From the IMG/VR virus record IMGVR_UViG_3300042890_006716: a DNA stretch of 64,000 bases, one strand, 5' to 3'. The notes under the pieces were generated by a model that made no database searches, was not told the origin of the DNA, and saw nothing but the letters and a program-made list of their open reading frames with translations. The translations under genes were made by a program, and so were the position numbers. The stretch is from an uncultured virus (IMG/VR IMGVR_UViG_3300042890_006716). Lineage: Duplodnaviria > Heunggongvirae > Uroviricota > Caudoviricetes. Within the stretch, counting starts at the first letter, position 1, and every line of letters begins with the position of its first letter. Below, one piece after another: positions 31,687 through 43,136 of this stretch.

Positions 31687-34600
31687 TATATGGCAGACGT
31701 AATAATATATCCAAGTGGAACTACAGGAAACTCATCGCCTCATATAGTATACGAGGGGGCGTCTGCTGCGGATAGTATCCAAATTAATATGGTTGCACCG
31801 GGTGATGTCAAATTTTCTGCAACAACAAGTCCATCATTAGTAGTTTTCAGTAATAATGACATAACAACTACAGGTGTTACAATATCAAGTTCACCATCAG
31901 GTTTATGGGTTGGTGGTCAAAATATGATTAATAATGCCGGTGTATGGATTGGACCACAAACAACTATTAAAGGTGCTCAAGGAGCTCAAGGAAATGTTGG
32001 GGCACAAGGAACAACGGGAGCTCAAGGTGGGGGTGGTAGTACAGGAGCTCAAGGAGCACAAGGTAGTACTGGTGCTCAAGGAGCAGTAGGAGCACAAGGT
32101 GCTCAAGGAGCGTCTCAAGGGGCGCAAGGAACAACAGGGGCACAAGGTGCTCAAGGTATTGCAGGTGCTCAAGGTGGTGTCCAAGGAAATCAGGGAGCAC
32201 AAGGTGCTCAAGGAGCCGTTGGTTCACAAGGAGCTCAAGGAGGTTCACAAGGTGCTCAAGGTACGACAGGTGCTCAAGGTGCTCAAGGTAGTACAGGTGC
32301 TCAAGGTGGGACACAAGGAGGACAAGGAGCCCAAGGTGCTCAGGGAGCCGTTGGTTCACAAGGTGCTCAAGGAGGTTCACAAGGTGCTCAAGGTACGACA
32401 GGGGCACAAGGTGCTCAAGGTAGTACAGGTGCTCAAGGAGGAACACAAGGAGCGACAGGAGCCACAGGTGCCCAAGGTGCCCAAGGTAGTACGGGCGCTC
32501 AAGGAGGAACGCAAGGAGCGACAGGGGCGACAGGAGCTCAAGGTGCTCAAGGGACAACAGGTGCTCAAGGTGGTGTCCAAGGAAATCAGGGAGCACAAGG
32601 TGCTCAAGGAGCCGTTGGTTCACAAGGAGCTCAAGGTGCATCACAAGGTGCTCAAGGTGCTCAAGGTACGACAGGTGCCCAAGGACCTACGGGAGCTCAA
32701 GGTGGTGTCCAAGGAAATCAGGGAGCACAAGGTGCTCAAGGAGCCGTTGGTTCACAAGGTGCACAAGGTGCTTCTCAGGGTGCTCAGGGTACGACAGGTG
32801 CTCAAGGAGCTCAAGGTAGTACGGGAGCTCAAGGAGGTGTCCAAGGGGCAACAGGTGCGACAGGTGCCACAGGAGCACAAGGACCTACAGGTGCTCAAGG
32901 TGGAGTTCAGGGGGCAACAGGTGCCGCTGGTACAACAGGTGCACAAGGACCTACAGGAGCACAAGGTGGAGTTCAGGGAAATCAGGGAGCACAGGGTGCA
33001 CAAGGAGCCGTTGGTTCACAAGGAGCTCAAGGGGCTTCTCAAGGGGCTCAAGGTGCTCAAGGTACAACAGGTGCCCAAGGACCTACAGGAGCACAAGGTG
33101 GAGTTCAGGGAAATCAGGGAGCACAAGGTGCTCAAGGAGCCGTTGGTTCACAAGGAGCACAAGGAGCTTCTCAAGGAGCTCAAGGTGCTCAAGGTACAAC
33201 AGGTGCCCAAGGACCAACAGGTGCACAAGGAGGACCTCAAGGGGCTCAAGGTGCTAATGGAACAACAGGTGCACAAGGGCCAACAGGTGCTCAAGGTGGA
33301 GTTCAGGGGGCAACGGGTGCTAATGGAACAACAGGTGCACAAGGACCTACAGGTGCTCAAGGTGGAGTTCAGGGTGCAACAGGGGCCACAGGAGCTACAG
33401 GAGCTCAAGGACCAACAGGTGCTCAAGGTGGAGTTCAGGGTGCGACGGGAGCCACAGGAGCTACAGGAGCTCAAGGACCTGTTGGTGCACAAGGAGGACC
33501 TCAAGGGGCTACAGGAGCCACAGGTGCAACAGGGGCTCAAGGACCAACAGGTGCTCAAGGAGGAACGCAAGGAGCGACAGGTGCCACAGGTGCGACAGGA
33601 GCTCAAGGACCAACAGGTTCTCAAGGAGGTGTACAAGGAGGACAAGGTGCTCAAGGAGCCCAAGGTGCTCAAGGACCAACAGGTGCACAGGGAGGACCAA
33701 CAGGTGCACAGGGTGCTCAAGGTGGACAAGGAGCCCAAGGTGCTCAGGGAAATCCAGGAGGACCTCAAGGTGCTCAAGGGGCACAAGGTGCGACTGGACA
33801 AACAGGTGCTGTTGGTAATCAAGGTGCTCAAGGAGCGGTCCAAGGAGCAACAGGCTCTACAGGACCAACAGGAGCTCAAGGTGCTCAAGGACCACAAGGT
33901 ACTCCGCAAGGGGCTCCAGGTGCTACAGGTGCTACAGGTGCTCAAGGACCTGTTGGTGCACAAGGAGGACCTCAAGGGGCTCAGGGTGCTACAGGTGCTA
34001 CAGGACCTCAGGGATTCCAAGGTGCTACAGGAGGTACTCAAGGTGCAACAGGTGCTACAGGAGCTCAAGGAGCCCAAGGTCCGATAGGGGCTCAAGGAGG
34101 TCCTCAAGGAGCTCAAGGAGCAAAAGGACCTCAAGGCCCACAAGGAGCCACAGGTGCTCAAGGAGGTACCCAAGGAGCTCAGGGTGCCACAGGAGCAACA
34201 GGTTCACAAGGACCACAAGGGAATCCGAGTGTTACACAAGGTGCTCAAGGACCCGCTGGAGCTCAAGGTTCTCAAGGGTCTCAAGGAGCGACAGGTCCTA
34301 CAGGAGGTCCAGGTCCTACAGGTGCTCAAGGTGCGGGAGGAACAAAAGGACCTGCGGGTGCGACACAGGGGGCTCAAGGTGCTGCAGGTCAGACAGGAGG
34401 ACAAGGTGTACAAGGGTCAAGAGGACCTCAAGGACCAACAGGAGCTCAAGGACCATCGGGACCAAAAGGTGCTACAGGTGCAACAGGAAAGGCCGGAACT
34501 CAGGGTTCCACAGGAGCACAAGGTGCTCAAGGAGGAAAAGGAGCTGCAGGGGCACAAGGAGCACAAGGCGCTCAAGGAGCTGTTACAGGTGGGACAGGTC

Positions 34601-37600
34601 CACAAGGAGTCCAAGGAGCTCAAGGTGCAACAGGACCTGCAGGAGGTACTGGTTCTCAAGGAGCTCAAGGTGCTAGTGTTACAGGACCACAAGGTGCTCA
34701 AGGTGCTCAAGGTAATGCTGGTAAAACGGGACCACAAGGAGCACAAGGTGCTCAAGGACCTCAAGGGCCACCTTCAGATAGAAGATTGAAAGAAAACATC
34801 AAGAAATTTGATAGAGCTATTGATGTTGTTAATATGAATGGTGTATCTTTTGATTGGGTTGAAAATATACCACAACTTTCATTGTATAAAGACAATGAAA
34901 AGTATTTACTTAAAAAACGAAGTATAGGTTTTATCGCCCAACAAGTTGAAAAATATTTTCCTGAAATTGTTTGGGAAGATAAGTTTGGTTATAAATCTTT
35001 ACAGTATGAACTACTTGTTACTCTTGGAGTATCTTTTGTAAAAGAAAATCAAAAAAGAATGGATGTCCTTAAAACATCATTAACTGAATTAGAAGAAAAA
35101 TTACGTGGCTGAGAATATAATAATAGTACCTGCAAGTATAACAATACAATTTTATGATTCGGGGAATACTCGAAGTGATTTGGTATATTCTAGTTCTACA
35201 TTGAATTATGTTGTAAATCAAACAACAACATATCTAAAAATTGCCAAGACAGCACCTATATTCCAAGTACAAAATACAAATTTAAGTGCTAATACAGTTA
35301 CAAACAATTACGGATTAATAATAGACTCTACCGGATGGAAAGGTAATGTAAATGCTGGACCACAAGGCGCTCAAGGTAATCAAGGTGCCCAAGGAGGACA
35401 AGGTGCTCAGGGTAATACTGGTAACCAAGGTGCTCAAGGAGCGGTTGGTAGTCAAGGAGCCCAAGGAGCTCAAGGTTCCCAAGGAGCAACAGGAGGGCAA
35501 GGTTCACAAGGCGCACAAGGAGCTCAAGGGGCAACAGGTAACCAAGGGGCTCAAGGAGGACAAGGTGCTCAAGGTGCTCAAGGCGCCCAAGGTGGAAAAG
35601 GTAATCAAGGCGCTCAAGGTGGACAAGGAGCTCAAGGAGCTCAAGGTTCACAAGGAGCGGTTGGTAACCAAGGTGCCCAAGGAGGACAAGGAGCTCAAGG
35701 AGCTCAAGGCGCTCAAGGTGGAAAAGGTAATCAAGGTGCTCAAGGTGGACAAGGTGCTCAAGGAGCTCAAGGTTCACAAGGAGCGGTTGGTAACCAAGGC
35801 GCCCAAGGAGGACAAGGAGCTCAAGGAGCTCAAGGTTCACAAGGAGCGGTTGGTAACCAAGGTGCACAAGGTGGACAGGGAGCTCAAGGAGCTCAAGGGG
35901 CTCAGGGTGCGACAGGTAATCAGGGTGCTCAAGGTGGACAAGGGGCCCAAGGAGCACAAGGTGCTCAAGGTGGAAAGGGTAACCAAGGTGCCCAAGGTGG
36001 ACAAGGAGCCCAAGGAGCACAAGGTGCTCAAGGTGCAACAGGAACACAGGGTGCTCAAGGTGGACAAGGAGCCCAAGGAGCACAAGGTGCTCAAGGTGGA
36101 AAGGGTAACCAAGGTGCCCAAGGTGGACAAGGAGCCCAAGGAGCACAAGGTGCTCAAGGTGCAACAGGAACACAGGGTGCTCAAGGTGGACAAGGAGCCC
36201 AAGGAGCACAAGGGGCTCAAGGAGCAACAGGAACACAGGGTGCTCAAGGTGGACAAGGTTTCCAAGGAGCTCAAGGTGCTCAAGGTGCAACGGGAACACA
36301 AGGTGCTCAAGGAGGACAAGGTGCTCAAGGAGCACAAGGGGCTCAAGGTGCTCAAGGTGGACAAGGAGCGCAAGGTGGACAAGGAGCGCAAGGGGCTCAA
36401 GGTTCACAAGGGGCAGTTGGTAACCAAGGTGCTCAAGGTGGTCAAGGAGCCCAAGGGGCGCAAGGAGCTCAAGGGGCTAAAGGTAATCAGGGAGCCCAAG
36501 GTGGACAAGGAGCACAAGGGGCTCAAGGTTCACAAGGGGCAGTTGGTAACCAAGGTGCTCAAGGTGGTCAAGGAGCTCAAGGAGCTCAAGGAGCGCAAGG
36601 AGCGACAGCAACTCAGGGTGCTCAGGGTGGACAGGGAGCACAAGGAGCTCAAGGTGCACAAGGAGCGACAGGAACCCAAGGGGCTCAAGGAGGTCAAGGT
36701 TTCCAAGGAGCTCAAGGGGCTCAAGGTGCAACAGGAACCCAAGGTGCTCAAGGTTTCCAAGGAGCTCAAGGAGCTCAAGGAGCTCAAGGAGCAACAGGAA
36801 CCCAAGGAGCTCAAGGAGGACAAGGTTTTCAAGGAGCTCAAGGGGCTCAAGGTACAACAGGAACTCAAGGTGCTCAAGGAGGTCAAGGTTTCCAAGGGGC
36901 TCAAGGAGCTCAAGGTGTATCAGGAACTCAAGGTGCTCAAGGAGGACAAGGGGCTCAAGGTTCTCAAGGTTCTGTAGGTATATCAGGTACTCAAGGTGCT
37001 CAAGGAGGACAAGGTTTCCAAGGAGCACAAGGGGCTCAAGGTGCTGTTGGAGTACAAGGTGCACAAGGAGGTCAGGGGGCTCAAGGTTTCCAAGGAGCTC
37101 AAGGTGCTGTTGGTAACCAAGGTGCGCAAGGAGCAACAGGTGGACAAGGAGTCCAAGGAGCAACAGGAGGACAAGGAGCACAAGGAGCTCAAGGCGCAAC
37201 AGGAGGACAGGGAGCACAAGGGGCTCAAGGTGCTCAAGGAGCAACAGGAACTCAAGGGGCTCAAGGAGGACAAGGTTTTCAAGGAGCACAAGGTTTCCAA
37301 GGAGCAATAGGTCCACAAGGAGCGCAAGGTGGGCAGGGAGCTCAAGGTGCTCAAGGTGCCACAGGAGCTCAAGGTCCACAAGGGGCGCAAGGAGGACAAG
37401 GTTTTCAGGGAGCTCAAGGAGGAACAGGTGCTCAAGGGTCTCAAGGAGCAACAGGAGGACAAGGATTCCAAGGAGCGCAAGGTGCTCAAGGGGACGTAGG
37501 TGGAATAGGACCTAATGGTCAGCAGGGATTCCAAGGAGCCACAGGTGCTCAAGGACCTGTTGGAGCTCAAGGAGCTCAAGGTGCAACAGGACCAACAGGA

Positions 37601-38066
37601 CCTCAAGGGGCTCAAGGTTCACAAGGAGCCGTAGGACCTACAGGGGGTCAAGGATTTCAAGGTGCTCAAGGTGCAACAGGACCAACAGGACCTCAAGGTG
37701 CAACAGGACCAACAGGACCTCAAGGTGCTCAAGGTTCAGGTACAGCCGGCGCTCAAGGTGCTCAAGGCGCTCAAGGAAATTCAGGTGCTATTGGAGCTCA
37801 AGGAGCTCAAGGGGCTCAAGGGCCAACGTCTCCTAATGGACCACAAGGTGCACAAGGTGCAACAGGGGCTCAAGGAGCTCAAGGTTCACAAGGTTTTGAG
37901 GGAGCCGTCGGTGCACAAGGACCTACAGGTCTTAAAGGACCAACAGGTGCTCAAGGTTCTGCAACACCAGGTCCAACAGGGGCACAAGGAGCACCAGGGG
38001 CTCAAGGAGGTGCTAGTTCAACATTCGGAGCACAAGGAGCTCAAGGTCCACAAGGACCAACAGGTC
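28378..38066 (+). repeat. Three blocks of coding 9-nt (GGN GCN CAR) repeats with 63/66/126-nt higher-order units
   Basis: ggtgctcaa/ggagcacaa arrays within the three collagen genes; locally GC-rich. Confidence 0.9.
31690..35112 (+). CDS. Collagen-like fibre protein 2 with S74-type chaperone
   Basis: About 930 aa of G-X-Y with regular one-residue insertions; [10 protein letters not shown]...IGFIAQQV. Confidence 0.9.
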   Translation: MADVIIYPSGTTGNSSPHIVYEGASAADSIQINMVAPGDVKFSATTSPSLVVFSNNDITTTGVTISSSPSGLWVGGQNMINNAGVWIGPQTTIKGAQGAQGNVGAQGTTGAQGGGGSTGAQGAQGSTGAQGAVGAQGAQGASQGAQGTTGAQGAQGIAGAQGGVQGNQGAQGAQGAVGSQGAQGGSQGAQGTTGAQGAQGSTGAQGGTQGGQGAQGAQGAVGSQGAQGGSQGAQGTTGAQGAQGSTGAQGGTQGATGATGAQGAQGSTGAQGGTQGATGATGAQGAQGTTGAQGGVQGNQGAQGAQGAVGSQGAQGASQGAQGAQGTTGAQGPTGAQGGVQGNQGAQGAQGAVGSQGAQGASQGAQGTTGAQGAQGSTGAQGGVQGATGATGATGAQGPTGAQGGVQGATGAAGTTGAQGPTGAQGGVQGNQGAQGAQGAVGSQGAQGASQGAQGAQGTTGAQGPTGAQGGVQGNQGAQGAQGAVGSQGAQGASQGAQGAQGTTGAQGPTGAQGGPQGAQGANGTTGAQGPTGAQGGVQGATGANGTTGAQGPTGAQGGVQGATGATGATGAQGPTGAQGGVQGATGATGATGAQGPVGAQGGPQGATGATGATGAQGPTGAQGGTQGATGATGATGAQGPTGSQGGVQGGQGAQGAQGAQGPTGAQGGPTGAQGAQGGQGAQGAQGNPGGPQGAQGAQGATGQTGAVGNQGAQGAVQGATGSTGPTGAQGAQGPQGTPQGAPGATGATGAQGPVGAQGGPQGAQGATGATGPQGFQGATGGTQGATGATGAQGAQGPIGAQGGPQGAQGAKGPQGPQGATGAQGGTQGAQGATGATGSQGPQGNPSVTQGAQGPAGAQGSQGSQGATGPTGGPGPTGAQGAGGTKGPAGATQGAQGAAGQTGGQGVQGSRGPQGPTGAQGPSGPKGATGATGKAGTQGSTGAQGAQGGKGAAGAQGAQGAQGAVTGGTGPQGVQGAQGATGPAGGTGSQGAQGASVTGPQGAQGAQGNAGKTGPQGAQGAQGPQGPPSDRRLKENIKKFDRAIDVVNMNGVSFDWVENIPQLSLYKDNEKYLLKKRSIGFIAQQVEKYFPEIVWEDKFGYKSLQYELLVTLGVSFVKENQKRMDVLKTSLTELEEKLRG

Positions 38067-38389
38067 CTTCAGATGAAAGACTGAAAAAAGATGTTAAACC
38101 TATCGGTGATGCTCTAAATAAGATATTAAGTATTAGAGGTGTCACATTTAAATGGAGAGGTAAAGAATATAGTTCTAATGACAAAAAAGCTATTGGATTT
38201 ATTGCTCAAGAAGTTTTGCCTTATGTTCCTGAAGTTATTTATACTGAAGGTAAAGTGTTAACAATGAATTATAAAGAAATGATTGCCGTTAACATTGAAG
38301 CGTTAAAAGAACAAGAGGTTAGAATAACATCTCTTGAAGAGAGAGCTAAAAAAGTTTTGGATAAAGCTAAACTAAAGGGGATTATTTAA
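35105..38389 (+). CDS. Collagen-like fibre protein 3 with S74-type chaperone
   Basis: GTG start overlapping the previous stop; about 900 aa of [13 protein letters not shown]...IGFIAQEV. Confidence 0.9.
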   Translation: MAENIIIVPASITIQFYDSGNTRSDLVYSSSTLNYVVNQTTTYLKIAKTAPIFQVQNTNLSANTVTNNYGLIIDSTGWKGNVNAGPQGAQGNQGAQGGQGAQGNTGNQGAQGAVGSQGAQGAQGSQGATGGQGSQGAQGAQGATGNQGAQGGQGAQGAQGAQGGKGNQGAQGGQGAQGAQGSQGAVGNQGAQGGQGAQGAQGAQGGKGNQGAQGGQGAQGAQGSQGAVGNQGAQGGQGAQGAQGSQGAVGNQGAQGGQGAQGAQGAQGATGNQGAQGGQGAQGAQGAQGGKGNQGAQGGQGAQGAQGAQGATGTQGAQGGQGAQGAQGAQGGKGNQGAQGGQGAQGAQGAQGATGTQGAQGGQGAQGAQGAQGATGTQGAQGGQGFQGAQGAQGATGTQGAQGGQGAQGAQGAQGAQGGQGAQGGQGAQGAQGSQGAVGNQGAQGGQGAQGAQGAQGAKGNQGAQGGQGAQGAQGSQGAVGNQGAQGGQGAQGAQGAQGATATQGAQGGQGAQGAQGAQGATGTQGAQGGQGFQGAQGAQGATGTQGAQGFQGAQGAQGAQGATGTQGAQGGQGFQGAQGAQGTTGTQGAQGGQGFQGAQGAQGVSGTQGAQGGQGAQGSQGSVGISGTQGAQGGQGFQGAQGAQGAVGVQGAQGGQGAQGFQGAQGAVGNQGAQGATGGQGVQGATGGQGAQGAQGATGGQGAQGAQGAQGATGTQGAQGGQGFQGAQGFQGAIGPQGAQGGQGAQGAQGATGAQGPQGAQGGQGFQGAQGGTGAQGSQGATGGQGFQGAQGAQGDVGGIGPNGQQGFQGATGAQGPVGAQGAQGATGPTGPQGAQGSQGAVGPTGGQGFQGAQGATGPTGPQGATGPTGPQGAQGSGTAGAQGAQGAQGNSGAIGAQGAQGAQGPTSPNGPQGAQGATGAQGAQGSQGFEGAVGAQGPTGLKGPTGAQGSATPGPTGAQGAPGAQGGASSTFGAQGAQGPQGPTGPSDERLKKDVKPIGDALNKILSIRGVTFKWRGKEYSSNDKKAIGFIAQEVLPYVPEVIYTEGKVLTMNYKEMIAVNIEALKEQEVRITSLEERAKKVLDKAKLKGII

Positions 38390-39408
38390 AAATAGTCACC
38401 AAAAAGTTCGTTAATATTTTCTTTTGTTTTTGGCCAATCCGCATAATCAGGCGTGTAATATACCAAACAATTGGCACTACCATAACTAATATTTTCACTC
38501 AAAATACTAAGATAGTCACCATAATTACTTAATGGTTCATTATGATTCTTCGCGTTATTAAGGTAATCGGAAATCTCTGAATCAAAATTATTTATTTTAA
38601 CTTTGAAATAGGTATAAGATTTGTTTGGGTTTACACTACTTGGAACTGTTATCCAATCAGAATGGCGCATATCAAAAAATGTTTCAAGTTCATCCATTAT
38701 ACCACTATACACCTCATCTTCATAAGCATTTGCATATGCTCTGTTATGTAATGAGTGTAAATCTGATTTAATGTTTTCGGTTTCATTCAAAATACTTTCT
38801 GTTGAATCCTCATCATTGAATATTCTGTCGTGAATCAACTCGGGGGTTAAGGTTACATATTCAGGATGACCTTGTTCCTCGGCAATTTCTTCTAACAATT
38901 CTGTTTCAGGTTCTACCTTAACGTCAGATAATTCGTTACTTATTTTTTTTGATAAATAAGTAAGATTATCCTTATTTAGTTCTTGAATAACATCCCTATA
39001 AACATTATCGGTAGTATCCCAAAAATCAAAATCCCATTCACCATCTAGTATCTCTGATATTGTTGATTGAGACATACCATTTCTTCTATCATCACAAAAA
39101 AGATACGCGAGTCTACTTTTATCATTCAAAGTCACATAGTATTCACCATTTTCATAAGTAACATCACTTAATGAAGATAAAACATATTCTCTAAATTTTT
39201 CGGGATTATGTTCTTTAATTGCGAGGGCTATTTTGTTAACTTCATATTCGAATTCTTCTTCGTTGTTAATAAGGTCTAATTCGTGTATCAAACCTTTTTT
39301 ACCAAGATAGTCCAAAAAAGTTTCCATATCACCAAAAAAATCTTTGATAATATCAAATTTACCATTATTAACATCGTCGATTAATCTTTGTAATTTCCCT
39401 GTCATCAC
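38386..39408 (-). CDS. Acidic hypothetical protein
   Basis: 340-aa ORF; TATTTAT immediately upstream on the minus strand. Confidence 0.75.
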   Translation of the reverse strand: MMTGKLQRLIDDVNNGKFDIIKDFFGDMETFLDYLGKKGLIHELDLINNEEEFEYEVNKIALAIKEHNPEKFREYVLSSLSDVTYENGEYYVTLNDKSRLAYLFCDDRRNGMSQSTISEILDGEWDFDFWDTTDNVYRDVIQELNKDNLTYLSKKISNELSDVKVEPETELLEEIAEEQGHPEYVTLTPELIHDRIFNDEDSTESILNETENIKSDLHSLHNRAYANAYEDEVYSGIMDELETFFDMRHSDWITVPSSVNPNKSYTYFKVKINNFDSEISDYLNNAKNHNEPLSNYGDYLSILSENISYGSANCLVYYTPDYADWPKTKENINELFGDYF

Positions 39409-39420
39409 TTATAAATATAA

Positions 39421-39447
39421 AAAAAGGGTGAATTTCTTCACCCTTTT
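39421..39447. terminator. Intrinsic terminator, potentially bidirectional
   Basis: aaaagggtgaa-tttc-ttcaccctttt. Confidence 0.75.
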
Positions 39448-39469
39448 AATTTTACTAACATATTACAAC

Positions 39470-39622
39470 TTAACGTTTGTAATATTTCTCAACTGTTTTC
39501 TTAATGGCATCTTTAACAGTCTCTTGAACATACTGAGCTCTTTGAGCGGTTGCTTGAGTCTGTTGTTGACTTGATTGAGTGTTAGTACTGTTGTTTGCTT
39601 TGTTTTTACAACCACATCCCAT
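39470..39622 (-). CDS. Small MGCGCK protein, absent from the ORF track
   Basis: MGCGCKNKANNSTNTQSSQQQTQATAQRAQYVQETVKDAIKKTVEKYYKR; lies between a TATTTAT motif and a terminator. Confidence 0.7.
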   Translation of the reverse strand: MGCGCKNKANNSTNTQSSQQQTQATAQRAQYVQETVKDAIKKTVEKYYKR

Positions 39623-39709
39623 AATTTTGTAGTATTGGAGTTTTATTACATATAAATAGTAAACTTGTAGAAATATAAATCAATCAAAGTATTTATCAAA
39701 TAAAAAATA

Positions 39710-41461
39710 ATGTCAATCCGTAAGTTATTAAAAGAACAAAGTAAGTCTGATTTTACAACAAAATATAAGGACAAACTGAGTTTACCACTCTTATCGTCAA
39801 TAGTAAAATACATCCAACCTGAGTATTGGGATTGGGTTGCAAACAAATTCCCTGAAGAAGGGGATAATATTAACTTAATTAATATTATTGATTTGACACA
39901 GAAATTTGAAAGACTTAAAGGTGTTTTACAAACAACTGACATTAATAAGTTTGGTTCATATGAAGATTTAAAAAACCAAATAGATAGTTTTACCGGTCAA
40001 TATCTAAACAATATGACCACTACCAATAACAAGTCCATAATATTTGAAGATGATAAATTATTGATTGTTTCACCATCTACCCAATCAGGCGCTTGTTATT
40101 ATGGTAAAGATTCTGTAGGATGTGTCGACGTTAGTAGTGAAAACTCGTTTAACATAACATATGGGGAATATGGGGACAAAAAAATTGTCTATTTAATTAA
40201 TAAAAATAATCCTGAGGAAAAAATAACAATTGTTTTTGTTAGAAACTCCAAACCTTATTTTTATGTTAAAAATGTGAGAGTTGGTATGGAGGATGTTTTA
40301 AATTCTATACCAAACTTTAATGTTGTGTATTCGTTTATTATTAGTTTTCTTGAGAGAAAATATGAAGACAAAATGAGTAATTTAGATTACTACATAACAA
40401 AGACTGATATTGATAAAAAAGAACAAGAAAAAAGGATTGCTCAAGAAAAAAGATTGTCTATGGAAGAAGCAAATGAACGAAGAATTGATAAAGAGTGGGA
40501 GTTAGGTCCTGATTGCCCAACTATAGGATTGATGGCACACGCACTTTTTGATTATTTGGTTTCAGAGGGAGAAATCGAATCTATGAGTGAAGATGATGAA
40601 GAAAGAAGAACGGATATTTTAGAAAGAATAAGTGAACTTCAAGAAGAATATGAAAATTCTGATACTGTAAGGTATGATTTATTATCTCAGATTGAACAAT
40701 TAGAAGAAGAGTTAGATGAGTTTAAAGAATATAAAGACGTTTACGATTTAATACCTTTGGAATCCCAACACTATGGAATGCAAAAATTTGCAACTGAACT
40801 ATATGGTGATGAATATACTGTGGGTACCGAGACGGAGATGGATGATGCGTTGAGAGAGTATGTTGAGGATATGGTTGATACTGAAGGGTATGATGGGTTT
40901 GCTAGTTGGGTTAAGGATAATGCGGTTAATGAGGATGAAATACTTAATTGGTTTGATGATTATTTCAATCAGGACGTTTACCAAGAGCCTGATGCTTATT
41001 TAGACGATTCCCAAAGACAATTAGATTCAAAACAAGTTGAAACTATTAAAATTATTGACGCTAGAGTTTTACAAACACAAAGGGAGATAGAAAGACTTGA
41101 AAAAATTAAATATGGGATTGATGATGAAGATAAGGTTGATAAAATTGACGATAGAATTAGTCAATTGGAAGACTATATTACTGAATTAGAAGAACAAAAA
41201 GAAGAAATAGAAGAAAATCCTGAAGGTGATTTTTCAGACGATGATATTGAAAATATGATTGAAAGTAAGTTGGATGAAGTTAGATACAACCCAACTGGAT
41301 ACGCGGAGGATTACGGATTAGAATTAGATGATTTTATTGATAAGGAAAAATTTATAGATACTGTTATCGATAATGAGAGTTATGATATGATGTCACACAA
41401 TGATGGGGCGGTTCACGAAGAGACCGTCCAAGGAGAGACTTATTACATTATAAAACTTTAA
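39710..41461 (+). CDS. Acidic protein with degenerate TRWCT-family N-terminal domain
   Basis: DINKF...ACYYG; very D/E-rich coiled-coil C-terminal half. Confidence 0.7.
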   Translation: MSIRKLLKEQSKSDFTTKYKDKLSLPLLSSIVKYIQPEYWDWVANKFPEEGDNINLINIIDLTQKFERLKGVLQTTDINKFGSYEDLKNQIDSFTGQYLNNMTTTNNKSIIFEDDKLLIVSPSTQSGACYYGKDSVGCVDVSSENSFNITYGEYGDKKIVYLINKNNPEEKITIVFVRNSKPYFYVKNVRVGMEDVLNSIPNFNVVYSFIISFLERKYEDKMSNLDYYITKTDIDKKEQEKRIAQEKRLSMEEANERRIDKEWELGPDCPTIGLMAHALFDYLVSEGEIESMSEDDEERRTDILERISELQEEYENSDTVRYDLLSQIEQLEEELDEFKEYKDVYDLIPLESQHYGMQKFATELYGDEYTVGTETEMDDALREYVEDMVDTEGYDGFASWVKDNAVNEDEILNWFDDYFNQDVYQEPDAYLDDSQRQLDSKQVETIKIIDARVLQTQREIERLEKIKYGIDDEDKVDKIDDRISQLEDYITELEEQKEEIEENPEGDFSDDDIENMIESKLDEVRYNPTGYAEDYGLELDDFIDKEKFIDTVIDNESYDMMSHNDGAVHEETVQGETYYIIKL

Positions 41462-41491
41462 TAAATTTTCTTTTTAATTATCATTTAGTAA

Positions 41492-42277
41492 ATGGGAAGA
41501 AAGAGAAAAACACAATTTAAGTTGAGTCCTGAATGGATGTTTCAGGAACCAATAGATTTTGAGTATAACAAATATACGCTATTAGATTACATACAAAAAT
41601 GTGAGAGTAGTTTTGACGATTATAAGATATACCCTGATTTTGTCGAGATTTCACTTCATTTAGCTAATGTCCAATCAATTAATCGAGAAAATACATTATT
41701 ACTTACGAATAAAAAATTCGAAACTTGTGATGATGAAATTCTATTGAAAGAATTATACCCAAAAAAATTACCTAATCTAAATGAAGACCAAAGTTTAGAA
41801 TTAAAGAAAACTTTATATTACTCAAACTCAAAACTTATGGATGTTTTCAGTATTGGTAAATCCATATGGTCTATTGTTTACGAATCTACAGATATACAAC
41901 ATAAAAAAAATAAGAACTACTTACACAAAGGTTATGGGTACTTAGTTTATACTCGTAAACCTGAAAAAGAGTTATACATTTGGGAGTACTCAATAAGAAA
42001 GATAAAAAAGTCAAAAGACTCTAAATTACATCTTGAGTCTATTTTTTCAGGAGTTACTGATGGTAGAACAGTTAATCAAATAATTAATGAATCTACAAAT
42101 TGGAAACAAGACGTGTACCAAAGTAAATTACCTGTGTTTGAGTTTCAATCAAGACAACATTTCCCTTTTGAAGAGACGCTTATCCCAATGGCGAAAAGAA
42201 AACTTCTTTCATATATTCTTCAAAGTGTCCCAAAAGAAAAGTTAGAAAATTTTGATAATTTAAAAATTGTTTCGTAA
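41492..42277 (+). CDS. Conserved hypothetical protein
   Basis: W...IDFEYNKYTLLDY and PFEETLIPMAKR motifs resemble a Bacteroidota hypothetical family. Confidence 0.65.
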   Translation: MGRKRKTQFKLSPEWMFQEPIDFEYNKYTLLDYIQKCESSFDDYKIYPDFVEISLHLANVQSINRENTLLLTNKKFETCDDEILLKELYPKKLPNLNEDQSLELKKTLYYSNSKLMDVFSIGKSIWSIVYESTDIQHKKNKNYLHKGYGYLVYTRKPEKELYIWEYSIRKIKKSKDSKLHLESIFSGVTDGRTVNQIINESTNWKQDVYQSKLPVFEFQSRQHFPFEETLIPMAKRKLLSYILQSVPKEKLENFDNLKIVS

Positions 42278-42286
42278 TTTTGTGAT

Positions 42287-43131
42287 ATGGGTTTTCACAG
42301 ACGATACATTTCAGAACAAACAACCTTACATTACTTATACAAATACAATTTGGACGGTCTCTATGGTAAGGCTGACGCAATCATCTTTATGGATGAGTTT
42401 TCAAGCAAAGTTTATAAACTTTATGAGAAGAATTTGTCAGAACAAGAAATCATTACTACATTTAACTTAAAATCTAATACTACTAAAAATGAAATGCATT
42501 AAAGCTATCAAAGAAACATCTCAGTACGAGGTGGGACGAATTATGCGCGTTGAAGACAAGGTTGCGGACCAACGAGTTTCAACGGGTTATTGGAAGTTCA
42601 TTCCAAAGAACGAATGGAAAGAAGATGGACGAGTTGCTCCAATCATTACCGAAGTTAAGAAAAAAGAAAAAACGGAGGGTGTTGAGAAAAAGTACAAAAA
42701 GAAAAAGAAATGAAATACTCAATTGTAGGTCCACCAGAAGAACTATCATTCTCTTATACAACTCAATATAAGGTCAAGGATGATAAGGGTAAAACTTTTG
42801 AACTTAAATATACCCGAACAAATATCTCAGATGAATATTTGATATGGGATGGAAATAAAGGAAAATGGGTTGATATGGATTATGACCACCCATTTTTAGA
42901 ATTTTTGGAAGACAATGATAAATTTTTAGATTATTAATTATGGAAGACAAGACGCTCAAGACACTACTTTCTAAGTTGAGACAACCAATTCACATCAGTT
43001 ACATTTCAAAATACATTTTGAAAGAGACTGAAAATGAAACTGAAGTTAAATTAAATAAACTAATGGATGAAGGATTGATTGAGGAGTCTAGTTATTCCAA
43101 AGGTTACTACGTTGTAAAAAAAGAAAATTAA
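42287..43131 (+). CDS. Four small coupled hypothetical ORFs (42287-42502, 42489-42713, 42710-42937, 42940-43131)
   Basis: Abutting or overlapping ORFs after a TAATTTTG promoter; the last is winged-helix-like. Confidence 0.6.
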
Positions 43132-43136
43132 ATAAT

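Noticed and set aside
28378..38066. High-GC island suggesting horizontal transfer, or a CRISPR-like array
   Set aside because: GC is explained by Gly/Ala/Gln codons; the repeats are in-frame and degenerate at wobble positions, with no repeat-spacer structure
28313..38084. Long alternative-frame and antisense ORFs (VLKELK..., LEHL..., STLSTL...) over the collagen genes
   Set aside because: By-products of GGN-GCN-CAR repeats, which lack stops in other frames
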